DNA of 64,000 nucleotides from the human T2T-CHM13v2.0 reference genome, Homo sapiens: assembly GCF_009914755.1 (NCBI RefSeq), contig NC_060936.1. One strand, given 5' to 3'. A program made the translations under genes and the position numbers. The notes under the pieces are model-generated. The model was given only the letters and a program-made list of their open reading frames with translations. It was not told where the DNA came from and made no database searches. Shown piece after piece: positions 1-12,643 of this stretch; positions within the stretch are counted from its first letter, which is position 1; each line of letters starts with the position of its first letter.

Positions 1-692
1 GAAATTGACAGGACATGGAAGCAAGTAACTAAAGGCCAAAGTTTTCAGGCTAAAAAACAACATTGAGATGAGAACTTTGGCTTTATTTACTTGCAACCAG
101 AACTGGTGGAAATAGAGTCTGTGGACCTACCAAAGGTTTTTGCAGTATTGCATTGCCAAAGAAACCTCGGGCCAGGCTTACAAAAGTCTGTCATAGCCTA
201 CCCGTTCAGGCAAACTGTGTCTCCCTAAACCTGTACCAACCATCAGGAAGAAGCCTGCCAGCATTCTGAGTCATACCAAGTTGGTAAGACTCTCCAATGT
301 CTACTTCATATCTGGCCATGGAGATAATGGATATGCAAGAACCTCCCTAAAGGCAAAGCCATAAATTCATAGGATAATAACGAAGAAAGGTGTGCAGCAG
401 AGAGTGGTTCAAAGTGCTTCCAGATAGCTTAACATAGGAAATTACTCCACTGCCATGATATTGAATCCAGTTACTGCTGTATTGTTTCTATTCTTCCTTT
501 TTAAAAATTGAGCTTTTTAAATATTATGTCTATCCTGTTATTCACCACTATGGTTTAGGTTGGGGAGCAGGGGAAAGATAACTTTAGCAAGATGCAGGAC
601 CTGAATAGAACTTTTCAGTTGTCTCTCTTGGAGGGTGGGATGGGGAAGAGCATGTTTTAATTGTCGTTGAAAAGTGTGACCTAAATCGGCAG
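1..692 (+). mobile_element. MLT1-int-like (ERVL-MaLR internal) remnant
   Basis: Degenerate sequence directly upstream of an MLT1 LTR, resembling the 3' part of the MLT1 internal region; recognition only. Confidence 0.45.
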
Positions 693-1182
693 TGATGGCA
701 GAGACTGAAGTAGACTTCGATATTCATTCTTCTTTTCTATTCCAGAGAAAACTACCTTTCCACCCAAATTCATGCTGTCATGCATACTACAGAGTTGATA
801 TTGGGAAGTAGGTGCTTATCCAGGGACATTTTTAAGCCCCTTTTGCATCTAAATAGGATCACAAAACTGCTTGCCAATGGATGATATAAAAATGACACAT
901 TAAATCTGTCATTTCTTGGTGAAGGTGTTTAAGAAACATGAATACTTTCTCCATCCTCTTTTCTTACTTCCTCAACCATGTAAAGAAGAGAACACCTCTC
1001 TCACCTCCCCAGCAATGGAACCCATGTATTAAAGATGGCAGAGCCAGTATAAGCCTATTTCTGTTGACAAATGCCAGACACAGATGAGAAATAAACTTTG
1101 ATTGTGTTTGACCTATTTTTCATTTGAGGAGACCTCTCTTTTTTGTTTTTAAATAGAAGCTAGCATTACCCTAGCCTACACA
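693..1182 (+). mobile_element. Old MLT1 (H/I/J-type) MaLR LTR
   Basis: Starts tgatggcagagactg; ends gagaaataaactttgattgtgttt...agctagcattaccctagcctacaca, typical MLT1 LTR termini with AATAAA. Confidence 0.7.
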
Positions 1183-1199
1183 TCTTTTTCCACCTAATA

Positions 1200-1981
1200 G
1201 AATATTAACTCAGCTCATGACCACTCAGCTAAAACTGGTATTTTCCAGTCCCTTGTACCTCTAGATGTGACTGCATAATAAAGCCCTGCCAGTAGGATAT
1301 GAACTGAATTGAAACGTATAACTTCTATTGCATGAACTTTAAGGCAAGAGTATGACCTTGCTGTAGTTTGAATAACCCATCCAAAACTCGTGTTGAAATT
1401 TAATTGCTATTGCAACAGTATTAAAGGGTGGAACATTTAAGAGGTAGTTAGGTCTTGAGGGCTCTGGCCTCATGAATAGACAAGTGCTGTTATTGCAGGA
1501 GTGGGTTAGTTATTGTGGAAGTTTGGCCCGTTTTTTTTCTCTCTCACACTCACTTGCCCTTCTACCGTTTTGCCACCTCAGGCCTTTGCCAGATTGGTAC
1601 AATGCTCTTGGACCTCTCAGTCTCCAGAATCATAAGCTAAATAAACTTCTTTTCTTTATAAATTACCCAGTCTGTGGTATTAATGTTATAGCAGAAAAAA
1701 AAGAATATTAAATCATGTCTATCTATTAAATAGTCCCCTCTTTTTTGTTTTTTCCTTTTTGTCATTGATTGAGTGTGGCATGGTGATGGGCAGTGAAGCA
1801 CCTAGCTTAGACAAAAATGTGGTGTAATGAGGAAGGCCAGACACCAAAAGAGAAGAAACCTAGCTCAACATTCCAGGCCTGATTCTTCCATCTGGAACTT
1901 CTCATGAGAGAAATGAACTTCTTTACTTTATATCTCTCTGTTAAAGCATAGGAACACCTGTTCCTGTGCTTAACTTATGCA
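1200..1981 (+). mobile_element. Second old MLT1 LTR, split by an MSTD insertion
   Basis: MLT1-like motifs on both sides of the MSTD (ttttccagtcccttgtacctctagatgtgactgcat...; gagagaaatgaacttct...taacttatgca). Confidence 0.5.
1359..1715 (+). mobile_element. MSTD-like MaLR solo LTR
   Basis: tgctgtagtttg start; gagggctctggcctcatgaat, ggagtgggttagttat and aataaacttcttttctttataaattacccagtctgtggtat match the MSTD consensus. Confidence 0.85.
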
Positions 1982-3039
1982 TATATATGTGTGTAGTTGC
2001 AGTAAAATGTACTTTTGCTGTGGGTTACAATTTTTAAGGGTATATATTAACTATTCTACTATATTCTCTTAATATTATTTTAATATGATATTCATTCATT
2101 TATCCTAAATGTTTTCTTCTTCATGCTACCTCAATGGATCAAGAGCTCATGAACTCAGTGTCTCTCCATGGTAATTATGCTGTCATTCTCCCCTAAAAAT
2201 AAGATCTGTATTCAATCACTTCAAGTTTAAAGCACTTTGAACCCTCTAGTTTGCAGCCTACTAAAGGCATGGCTAGGGACTAAGGTATCTTACCTATTAT
2301 TCTTAGGGTTTGGACAGATGCTAGGAAGCCATGGAGGGATTCCCAGGAAGCTGCAGCTATTCCCTGTGCATAAGAATAAGACCCTTGGAAATCCCATTTA
2401 TTAGAAAGTATGACTTAGGAATTTTGAATTTTAGTGCAGGTAAAGATGACTTTAGTTCATATCAATGAATTGCCCAATCTTTTAAAAATAGGAATAATAC
2501 AACATTAATAAATAGATTAGTAAAGGAATGATGTTATTATTACTTACATATAACAAATAGGTTAAAAATTAATGGAAAAATACTAAAATTACTTGACCAC
2601 ATGAAGCTACCTTTTTTGGTTACTTATGGTTTATTTTTTACTTTCCATATAACCCAATGATTAGTTATGTTATTAAGCAAAAACCAACAAAAACCAAATT
2701 AACATATTTTAGGTTTTATTTATTATAATGGTAATTATTGACCAAAGTTTTTTATTTCCTTTTTAAAATCAGTGACATCTCTGGACTCTGGGAGATAAAT
2801 ACCAAAAGATTAATAACAAACAAATACATTAGTCTCTAAAATAAGTACAGAAAATTAATCATTGCCACTTACTCTTCCACCTTAATATCTTTATTTGCCT
2901 TCCACTGGAGGAATGTATGTAATAGAATCTGAAAATCAACACTGTTGTTGACTTACTTGTACATGTGTTTTGGGAGACTGGGTAAGTGGCTGTTTACCAG
3001 GTGGGGAAGCATCTAAGTTCTGATATTGTTGGGAACAGT

Positions 3040-3215
3040 ATCTTGCAGAAGAGAGGACATTCAATTGGGAAATCAGAGATGTATTTCTCTTGGATCTACT
3101 GCTAGTTATGTGACAAGGCAAAGTGTAGAAATACTTGCATCTCCATTTCGTCATCTCTGCAATAAGGGAAATATGCTAAATAATTTCTAAAACTCCTTAG
3201 GTTCAAATTATGATT
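3040..3215 (+). mobile_element. MIR/MIR3 SINE remnant
   Basis: ctagttatgtgac...ctccatttcgtcatctctgcaataaggg...taatttctaa core-like sequence. Confidence 0.5.
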
Positions 3216-3457
3216 TAAAGAAAATAAAATGTAATCAATAAAAGTAAGTAATACATCATCATGACAGAATGCTATTTTAAAGGATAGGGATGGATTTAGA
3301 TACATATTTTTTGCTTTGGGAAAATAACCCAAAATTTAATAGTGGACTTCACACTGTATTTTAGAAAAATTCCCATTGCTCCCTATTTCTTGTGATTGTT
3401 GTGGAATCTCACCCCTCCATCTCAGCTCAACAGTAAATGTACTATGAAGATTTTTAT

Positions 3458-3471
3458 CCCCCAGATGGCAG
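3458..3471 (+). promoter_or_regulatory. Candidate CTCF core motif
   Basis: CCCCCAGATGGCAG matches CCRSYAGRKGGCRS at 13/14 positions, in apparently non-repeat DNA. Confidence 0.45.
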
Positions 3472-4589
3472 TGCAGCATTCCAAGTTTAGAATGTTCTGG
3501 TCTGGTGCTCTGGAAAAAGGCAATATGAGCTTTTCTTATATTGTCTCCATCGCAATTTTCTGTGCCATGTTTCTTCTTTTTGGAGGAAGTATGCTACGAA
3601 TCTAATGTAACAAGACTTGAATAATGAAAGACAGATAGCTCATTCTGAAGGGAACACAGCAGAGATCCACTTCTGCCTGCTTGTGCAGCATTGTGTCCAG
3701 TAAATAGTAATTAAAACCATCACACAAAGTAATCTAATGAAATAATGAAAGTTTTAAAAACTATCAGAAAAATCATCTATACTTTTAATTAGTATTTTAC
3801 ATGTTATTTTATCAGAATTTGAAAACATTTACTAAATGTAATAGGATTAAGACGCTTCTCAGCAATTATTTTTTAAAGATACAAATGAAATGGACAGCAT
3901 GCACCATAACCTTCATTGAAAGAACTATAAGCTGCTTATGCTATTGCTGAGACTTGCTTATGAGGCATATAAAAATCAACAAACAAATACAAATAGCTTC
4001 AGATGGAGAGCATGAAAAGAAGCCAGGAAAAGGGTCATTCCAGTTTAATGATAAAAATTCAGTGGAACCATTTAGATCAAAACAATATCTGGTCATCTGC
4101 ATGGTCAAAGGAACTAGGGTGAATTCTTTACATTTCCACCATATTTTAGATGAATGATGTTTTGTAGATTAATTATACTAAAAGAATATTGGTAATGATG
4201 TGAAAGTAGAAGAAGTAAGGACAGGAAAACAAAATTTTGGAATGTGGTCACAGTTTTATGTTCTAAAAATGCCTTCACATTTAGGTCTAATGAAGTCTTT
4301 CCTGTTTCACATTTTCTAGTAAGAAAAAGGATTCAGGACACAAAGATTTTGAGTAACAAAAATGAATATTCCCCTTTTTAAACCACAGAGTGTAGATGAT
4401 TTTATTTTATCTGCTGCTTATGAGTTGATTATCTACCTTTACTAGAGGCACCTCAGATGAATACTTCATTGCAGTGTAAAATTCTGTAGCTGTCTATAAT
4501 ACATATAGACTTCCAAATATAATACCATCCTTCTCTATCCAATTAAGGAAAAATCTATACATGCATATATGCACTTTAATCTATAATCA

Positions 4590-5330
4590 CTGCTTGGGAA
4601 ACAAAAACAAGATATATCTGCCTTCAATGAGTTTACATTCTAGTGGGAGAGAGAAATTGCAAATAACCATGGACAGAACATGAGCTGTGAAAGAGGCAGC
4701 ATGGTGAGGATAGTGGGCTATGTAGCCAGGATACTAGGATTCAAATCTTGGTTTTGACTCCTAACATTCCTGTGTCTTTGGATAGATTACATTCTAGTTT
4801 CTTTATAAAACAAATGATAATGAGAATACCTATCTCATAGAGTTGTTTTGAAGAAAATGAGTTAATTGAGTAAACTGCTTGTCATATAGCAATGTCAGTA
4901 ACACATGGCAAAGGAGAAAAAAATGTCATGGGGTTAAGAGGAAGCAAAGACCAATAAAGGAACTAACAGTTGCTATTAAAGGATACCCTTTAAAGACCGT
5001 CAGTGATGTATTGAGAGAGGAGGATAGAAAGGGCAGCTTCAGGCTAAGGTAACAACATGTTAAATGTTAGGGGAAGGAGGTAGTAGCTCAGTTTGATTGC
5101 AAATGGGATAAAAATAAAAATGTAGGTCCAAACATATGCTAAGGACAACTTGTATTGGGCTAATAAGATTTTGCTTCCTCAAAATATATAGAAAGTCACT
5201 GAAGATTTTTATGCCAGGGACGAACAGTCAAATTTTTGCTGTCAACATATCATTCTGGTTGCTTTATGAAAGAAAAATTGAGCATAAAAGAAACTAGAGA
5301 CAGAGAGCTTAGAGAGGGCCGCAAAATCCA
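4590..5330 (-). mobile_element. L2 fragments interrupted by a MIR
   Basis: ctgccttcaatgagtttacattctagtgggaga and gaaagtcactgaagatttttatgccaggg are L2 antisense hallmarks. Confidence 0.55.
4690..4885 (+). mobile_element. MIR SINE
   Basis: ggattcaaatcttgg...aatgataatgagaatacctatctcatagagttgttttgaagaaaatgagttaat. Confidence 0.7.
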
Positions 5331-5482
5331 GAACAAAACGGGGGTAACTGTGATCATCGCTTAAAAATCATTTATTGGCTTGCCAACTAGTTCAAAAATT
5401 ATCTTATCTAACTAAAGGTCCTATTTAGTAGCATGCAAAATTTTACTTGCCCTTTCTATCTGTGTGTAGACTTCCACTCTAT

Positions 5483-5483
5483 C

Positions 5484-5518
<35 letters not shown>

Positions 5519-5606
5519 AACACACACACACATACACACACATATGTATATATGTGTATATATACACGTATATATATGTGTATATATACATATATACGTA
5601 TATATA
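5483..5606. repeat. Compound (TA)n/(CA)n microsatellite
   Basis: Seen directly. Confidence 0.95.
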
Positions 5607-6729
5607 GCATTTCAGACACAGTTTTAAAATTATACAAAAAATAGCTATATTAACAGACTGTCTTTCCTATTTCCTGAACATTCTAAACACAGAAGGAACC
5701 TCTTCTTTTTCTCATAACTGTGTTTTGTTTTGAAGATTAGACTTGTAGAGGCTTACAGAGGCAACTTCTTTTTTCATTCAGTGTCTGTTGGCCTGCGCAC
5801 GAGCAGTGATAAACCTGACCAACAGTCCTTTCCTTCTCCTTGTTTTCCTTTTTTTCTGCCTCATTTTTTTCTCTTTCTAGATGCCTCTGATCTATTTTTT
5901 ATATTTCACAGCTTACTTCTGTCTTGTTTCTTTCCTTCCTTCTTCCTAAAGGAATCAGAATATCTTAACACTTTCCTTCTTTCTTCCCACCACTGAAGCC
6001 CGCAGGGTCTTTGTTTAGCTAATGGACCCTGTTCTGAAGAAACCATGCAATCTGAAATAAAGCAACAGGCAGTCCAGATAGAATTGGGGTTCTTGGTTCC
6101 AGTTGCAAAATGGAAGAATAGCCAGCATTACTTAACAGAAACAGTATGATTTGAGTTCCTGAATCTTCTTTAGAATAAGTTCAATCCTGAGTCTCTGGAA
6201 AGAAGAGCAGTAAGTGGCCTGGTTTTGAGGCCTGCTTTAAGAACTGTCCCAAATCCCAGCTTTGATCATCAGTCACATGAATTTAAATAAGTAAAAGGTA
6301 TCTTGTTGACTAGTTCGTAAAAACTAGATGGAGCATGCTAAAAATTAAAAATAGATAACCTGTTAATTAAAAAGAAGATTTATTTATTAAGCAAATCAGG
6401 AAGAAGCAAACTTTCAGGAAACTAAGCTTTTTTTGACACATTTCACAGCATGCCTCATGGTCTTTCTCATGGGCACTCTGGCTTGTTAATCACTTCAGCA
6501 GCCTGGTTTTATCTGTTTCACCCACTTATGGGTGAAATTATGGTGAAAAAATGTGGCTGCTGCAAGCTTCTAAATTGACATGTCCTCAGTTCCAGGGGCC
6601 AAGAGCACTGAACTCTTCTATCCAGGACATGGGAATCAGGACATGGCTCAGTAAAAGTGAACTTCTTGCCCTCAGTGAAATTAACTTGGGTCCCAGAGTC
6701 ACATGGCAAACATATGGCTATACCGACTT

Positions 6730-7043
6730 TATTAGTCAGCTGTACCTGATTGCTGTAACAACACCACCACAGTCGGTGGCTTTTATAGCTTTGGCTTTCT
6801 CTATGATGTCAGAATTCTCTATTGTTTCTTCTTCAACTGGGCAGCCAATGGGTGAAGCAACAGAACAGGTGGAGGAGTTCTTGGAAGGGTTCTTAGAAGC
6901 CAGGACTAGAGGTGGCATTCATAATTTTTACTCACATTCTATTGCTGGAGCTTAATCACAGGGTGATCTAAACACAAGGAAGGCTGAGAAATTAGGTTTC
7001 TTCATGAATCCAGGAAGAAAGAAATAGAATCATCGTCTCCACA
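6730..7043 (-). mobile_element. MLT1J/K-type MaLR LTR
   Basis: tattagtcag start; aaggaaggctgagaaattag...caggaagaaa...gtctccaca end (reverse MLT1). Confidence 0.65.
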
Positions 7044-8309
7044 GGGACCCATCCTGTTGTTCAGCAGGCAAATTGACAGAGAGCAGTGTTGCGTGCTGGG
7101 CAGGTACCATAATGATGTCTTCTGTCATAAGACAACTGTCTTTTCCTGGGACTTTGGCAATACCTCAGTTGGCTTTCTCAATTCCTGTAGCCTAGTTTAA
7201 ATTGCTTGTTTCAGCTGAGTGCTGTTATTTTTTGACAGCATTCAAGAGAATTAAAGAAATGACTTTTCTTCCTTTCATTGCTACTCATCTATGTTCTCAG
7301 ATTGTTTATTAGTATCTCTATTTCTTTTTAATGTTATCTCCATGGGAGAAAATCCTATTTCAGCCTACAGATTTTATTCTGTAATTACATCACAAAGGAT
7401 CACTTTATAAGGAAGGCATTGACTTTGAATTTCTGTCAGCTTCAATTTAAGCAGATGGAAAACTATGGATTATATACCACAAACAACCACCTTTTTAAAG
7501 CTTAGCAACCAAGAATATTTTAACTCTCCAAGTCAGCTTACAAGTCTAGGACCTGCTCATTATCCCTGTGCCTGAATAGTTCAACAGATAAACATTTTGT
7601 TCATAAAACAAAATGATATTATATTTCAGACAGGAGAGAGAACAGATGTGTCTCTCACAATGAGATTTTGTTGTTTCAATACATCAGACTTTTCTTTTCC
7701 TCTCTCTTCTCTCAACTATTCTAGAAAGGTTGGGTGCAATTGTTATGTGGGCTAAACTTTAAGAAATCTATAATAATCAGACCTTTACATTGCCTCTTCT
7801 GTTTAACAGAAATCTGCCAGAGAATGTGCTGTGGGAGTGGAGAAAGAATGCTAGCTGTTAAAAACCATGTCGGCTCATCACAGAAATGTGATTTCCATTC
7901 TTACTGCCACACCAGTAGTAAAAACTTAGGAAATGAGCCTTTTCATCTCTGGTTACCCACTTCTGCTGCTAAAGCCAAAAGAGACCCCATTGGTAGGCAA
8001 GCCATTGAAGTCCACAGTGCACTGTAGAAGTACAGATCTGCACTCCTGCAAAGATATAGTTACTGGATGTGCAAGTTGCTATGTATACAGAAAGCTAATC
8101 CCCAGATTGTTTGTCTTTAAAAAAACAGAAATCCCATATCAAGGCAATACACTTATACTTATGCATTTTCTAAGCCACTTAACACATCTTAGAATACATA
8201 CATGAGAGTTCATGGACCAAGACAGCTGACTGGAGGAAATTTGTTATATTTATGAAAGGCTGAAAATAATTGAGATTTTGCCATGTTTTCAATCATAAAA
8301 TGGTCAAAG

Positions 8310-9205
8310 ACATCATGACCCTAACTCCCCATTTGCTAAGCCAGAAACCTGGGGAACATCCTTTCCCTCTTATCCCACATCAAATCATATGTGAAGACCT
8401 ACTGAATCTGTTTTCTAAAACTCACCTGAATCCATCCACTTCTCTTCATCTATACTGCTATCACTTTATCTAGTTTCCATCATCTCTCAGCCCACAGTCT
8501 TCTTCATGCACTTGGGAGTTTGTTAGAAATGTGGTATCTCAGGGCTCACCCAACCCTACTTATCTACATTTTGACAAGATCCTCATATGATTTATATGCA
8601 TGCCACATTTTAAGAAACACTGGCATATCTCCCTGTCTCTACTTTATTCACTTCCATTCCATTCTGAACACTGAAGTCAGGGCAATCTTTATAGAATTCA
8701 AATTTGATTGTGTCTATCTTGCTTAAAACTCCTCACCTTCATGTCTTTTGGCTCAAGTAAGTAAAAAGCCTTCAAATTAAGTTGCAATGCCCTTCAAGAC
8801 CTGGTTCCTCCAGCTTTATTTCATAAAACTTTTCCTTCCCACACTATGCTATAGCCATCTTTGTTCCAAATACGACATTCTGTTTCTCAAATGGGGTCTT
8901 TGTGCTCTCTGTTCCCTGGTTTAGGATATTCTTTCTCCCACTCTGTTCAACCTCAGTCCTTTAGGCTTCAACGTAAAAGCTGAGTTTTTAGAAATCCTAC
9001 TCTCTTACTATCTAGATCTCATGGTATCTTTTCTTGCCTTATAAAAAATATCCAATGTTGTATTAACTTGTTCAATGCATGCACTACTCAATAAACTATA
9101 ATTTCTATAAGGAGAGATATCATGTTTGTCTTGTGCAGAGCAATATCCCAAGCACTTGTGACAGCAACTGGCATGTGGCACTTATGACAGAGTGACCAAA
9201 TGAAA
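8310..9205 (+). mobile_element. L2 LINE 3' region, split by MER5B
   Basis: ccagaaacctgggg, tccatccacttctcttcatc, gcttaaaactcc, cccaagcacttgtgacagcaactggcatgtgg. Confidence 0.75.
8505..8623. mobile_element. MER5B hAT-Charlie remnant
   Basis: gggagtttgttagaaatg...cattttgacaagatcc...tgatttatatgca...taagaaacactg. Confidence 0.7.
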
Positions 9206-10136
9206 TAACTTCTCATAAAGATAAATGGACAGTTTCCCACATCTTTAAGAATAACAGTCTTCTAAAACTATGACGCACTGTCACAGGGAAGATGAATCAG
9301 ACTTATTCTGATGGGTTCCAGAGGACAGGAAGATATACGCAAGGCCCATGAATGACTGCACTTATCTCAACATGTTGGCACTAAAATATCTGTTGAATAA
9401 ATGAATCAGAACAAGTAAATAAAAGATTTAGGAATAGATAAATTATTAATGATACAACTTAGTACCATTTACAAGGTACTAACAATAGAATGGATTGTTT
9501 TGTGAGCTCAGATTGCATAACCGTTTAAAGGTTGAATAGGAAATAAAAAATACCTTAAGAAAGTGATTGAAATAGATGATCCCTCAGGTTCTTTACATCT
9601 CTAGGAGTCCACTATTCTATCAGTTCCTCTGTGAGGGAAAATAGTGCTAGTCATAACTGCTAGACTTAGTTTACAGAAAAAAAAATGTTGCTCATTCTTG
9701 TTAATGGTTGTATCACTACATTTATGTACAGACTTGTAGTAGTTTTCATATTTGGCATGATCAAAAGGACACTGACACCAAATACGTCCCCATTTGGTTG
9801 TCACTAGTCCTTGAACTCCATTATTAGAGAGTCTTTACTTTGAAACTGTTCCTTCTCCAGACACTGATGACACTGATGTTGCAAAAAAAAGATGCCACAG
9901 AAGTGGCAACATATTTCACTATTATCCATAATCTCCATCTTTATTTGGGGTCCTTTATGAGAACCCATTCTTAGAGTTGAGAATAAACAGTGGAGGAAAG
10001 AGGGATGCAATGGTAGCTTTTGGAAGGTAAGATGGCTCTGGATGCAAGCTCAGCTCAAATATTTCTCCATCAGAGACATTTTTTTGGATATCTCAATCTA
10101 AATGATATATCCATGTTATTTTCTTCTTTATCAACT

Positions 10137-10256
10137 TTCATTCATTCAAAATATATTTGAGTGATTACTGTCTGCTAAGTGCTGTTCTAGGTAATTAAGA
10201 TGCATCAGTGAACCAAAAAAGACGAAAGTACTTCTTACTGTCAACCTTGCATTTTA
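10137..10256 (-). mobile_element. L2 3' end
   Basis: ttcattcattcaaaatatatttgagtgattactgtctgctaagtgctgttctagg. Confidence 0.7.
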
Positions 10257-10413
10257 AAAAATGTGGTCTAAGGATCAAAATGTCAGCATCACCTGGAAGC
10301 CTGAGAGAAATGCAGAATGAAAGGCGTCACCTAGACCTACTTAATCATGTACAGCCTTTTAACAAAATCTTCAGGTTATGTATGCACGTTTAAGTTTGGG
10401 AAACACCATTCTA
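10257..10413. mobile_element. MER5B hAT-Charlie
   Basis: cagcatcacctggaagc...agaaatgcagaat...agacctact...tatgcacgtttaagtttgggaaacacc. Confidence 0.75.
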
Positions 10414-10446
10414 TTGTGCCTGCTCTTTTATTTCATATGTTTTCAC

Positions 10447-10737
<291 letters not shown>

Positions 10738-11313
10738 ACGTTTTCACATTTTTAAATGATACATGTTTATTTGCTTAAAATCTATTTGCCCTACTAGACT
10801 ATAAACTAGGTGAGGTCAGAGGTTAATAGGCAAAGGTAGACGGGATGGATAAATGTAAATAACAAACTTCATCTGCTCTTCAACTCTGCCAAGGTACCAC
10901 CTTCTGCTGACTTCTCTTTTCAGCCCCACCAGCTGATGCACCTACTGTACAATAGGTAGGGCAACTGAAATGTAGGAAGAAGAATTAACTAACATCTGTG
11001 AATTCTTTTTTACCTTCTGTCTCAACTTCTTCATCTCCTCCATTTTTTAAAAGTTGCATAAAATATACTAGCATAAGAATATCTGGAATAAAATATGATA
11101 GCATTAATTCCTGAAGATAAAAAAGTTTGTGATGTATGGAACATGAGAAATTAAACAAGTATCCTTACCTCTACTTTCATCCCAGCCATCCTCATTTAAG
11201 ATTTCTTTTTCCAATTTTATAACAGGACTTGGTTCTCTTTGACAGGAATAATGGGCTTTGGTGGATGACAGGATTGCTCTCACATCAAACTTTTTGTAAC
11301 ATATACTCTGTAA

Positions 11314-11662
11314 CAAGGGTTGGCAAACTACACCCCGTGGGCCAAATCTGACTGACCATTCTGAATCCTTTTTTTGACCCATGAAAGGAGACTTTTTTTT
11401 GTACCATGAAAGGAGATTTAAAAAAAAATACTTTTAAACAGTTAAAAAGAATATTTCATAACATATGAAAATTATATGAAATTCTAATTTGTGTCCATAA
11501 AGTTTTATTGGAACACAGCCTGCTCATTAGTTTACGTATTGTTTATGCCTACTTCCATGCTATAGTGGCAGAGCTGAATAATTAAAATAGGGAATGTATA
11601 GTCACATCAAAATCTAAAATATTACTATCTGGGCCTTCACAAGAAAAGCTTGCCACCCCCTG
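11314..11662. mobile_element. MER58B hAT-Charlie
   Basis: TIRs caagggttggcaaac / gcttgccaccccctg; internal aaagttttattggaacacagcc; 8-bp TSD ctctgtaa / ctctatag. Confidence 0.9.
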
Positions 11663-11670
11663 CTCTATAG

Positions 11671-11970
11671 TAGCCTTATCCCATAGAACTAAAATGTGAG
11701 TCACATATGCAGTTTTAAATTTTTGATAGCCACTTTAAAAAGTTAAAAATAAAAGGTGAAGTTAATTTTTAAAATGTTTTATTGATCCTAATATATTCAA
11801 ATATTATTTTAATGTGTAATCAATATAAAAATTGAGATGTTTTACTTTTATTTGTATTAAATGCTTTTCAAATCCAATGTGCATTTTACACTTCAGTGTA
11901 CCTCCACTAGAATTAGTCACTTTTCACGTGCTAATATCCACATATGGCTAGTGTTACCGTATTAGTGTAG
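11671..11970. mobile_element. MER33 hAT-Charlie
   Basis: atgtgagtcacatatgcagttttaaatttt...ccacatatggctagtgttaccgtatt. Confidence 0.85.
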
Positions 11971-12085
11971 TTTTAGAGTATATATTAAAAGTTGAATAAT
12001 TTGTCTTAATTGTAGACATAGAAGTAAAAGTTATTATAAGATTAAAATGAAATATCAGTGATGGGAGTATGGCAGAAGGAAATTA

Positions 12086-12577
<492 letters not shown>

Positions 12578-12592
12578 CTACTACTTGGGGTG

Positions 12593-12643
12593 AATAGTGG
12601 GTGGTCTTTTCAGAACAGATCACTGAAAAGACCACCCACTATT
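12593..12643. repeat. Perfect inverted repeat, 21-bp arms, 9-nt loop
   Basis: aatagtgggtggtcttttcag-aacagatca-ctgaaaagaccacccactatt. Confidence 0.97.

Noticed and set aside
5433-5644. YI/HT-repeat ORFs
   Set aside because: Microsatellite translations.
6551-6955. 134-aa ORF
   Set aside because: Second half lies in an antisense MLT1 LTR; no protein resemblance or promoter context.
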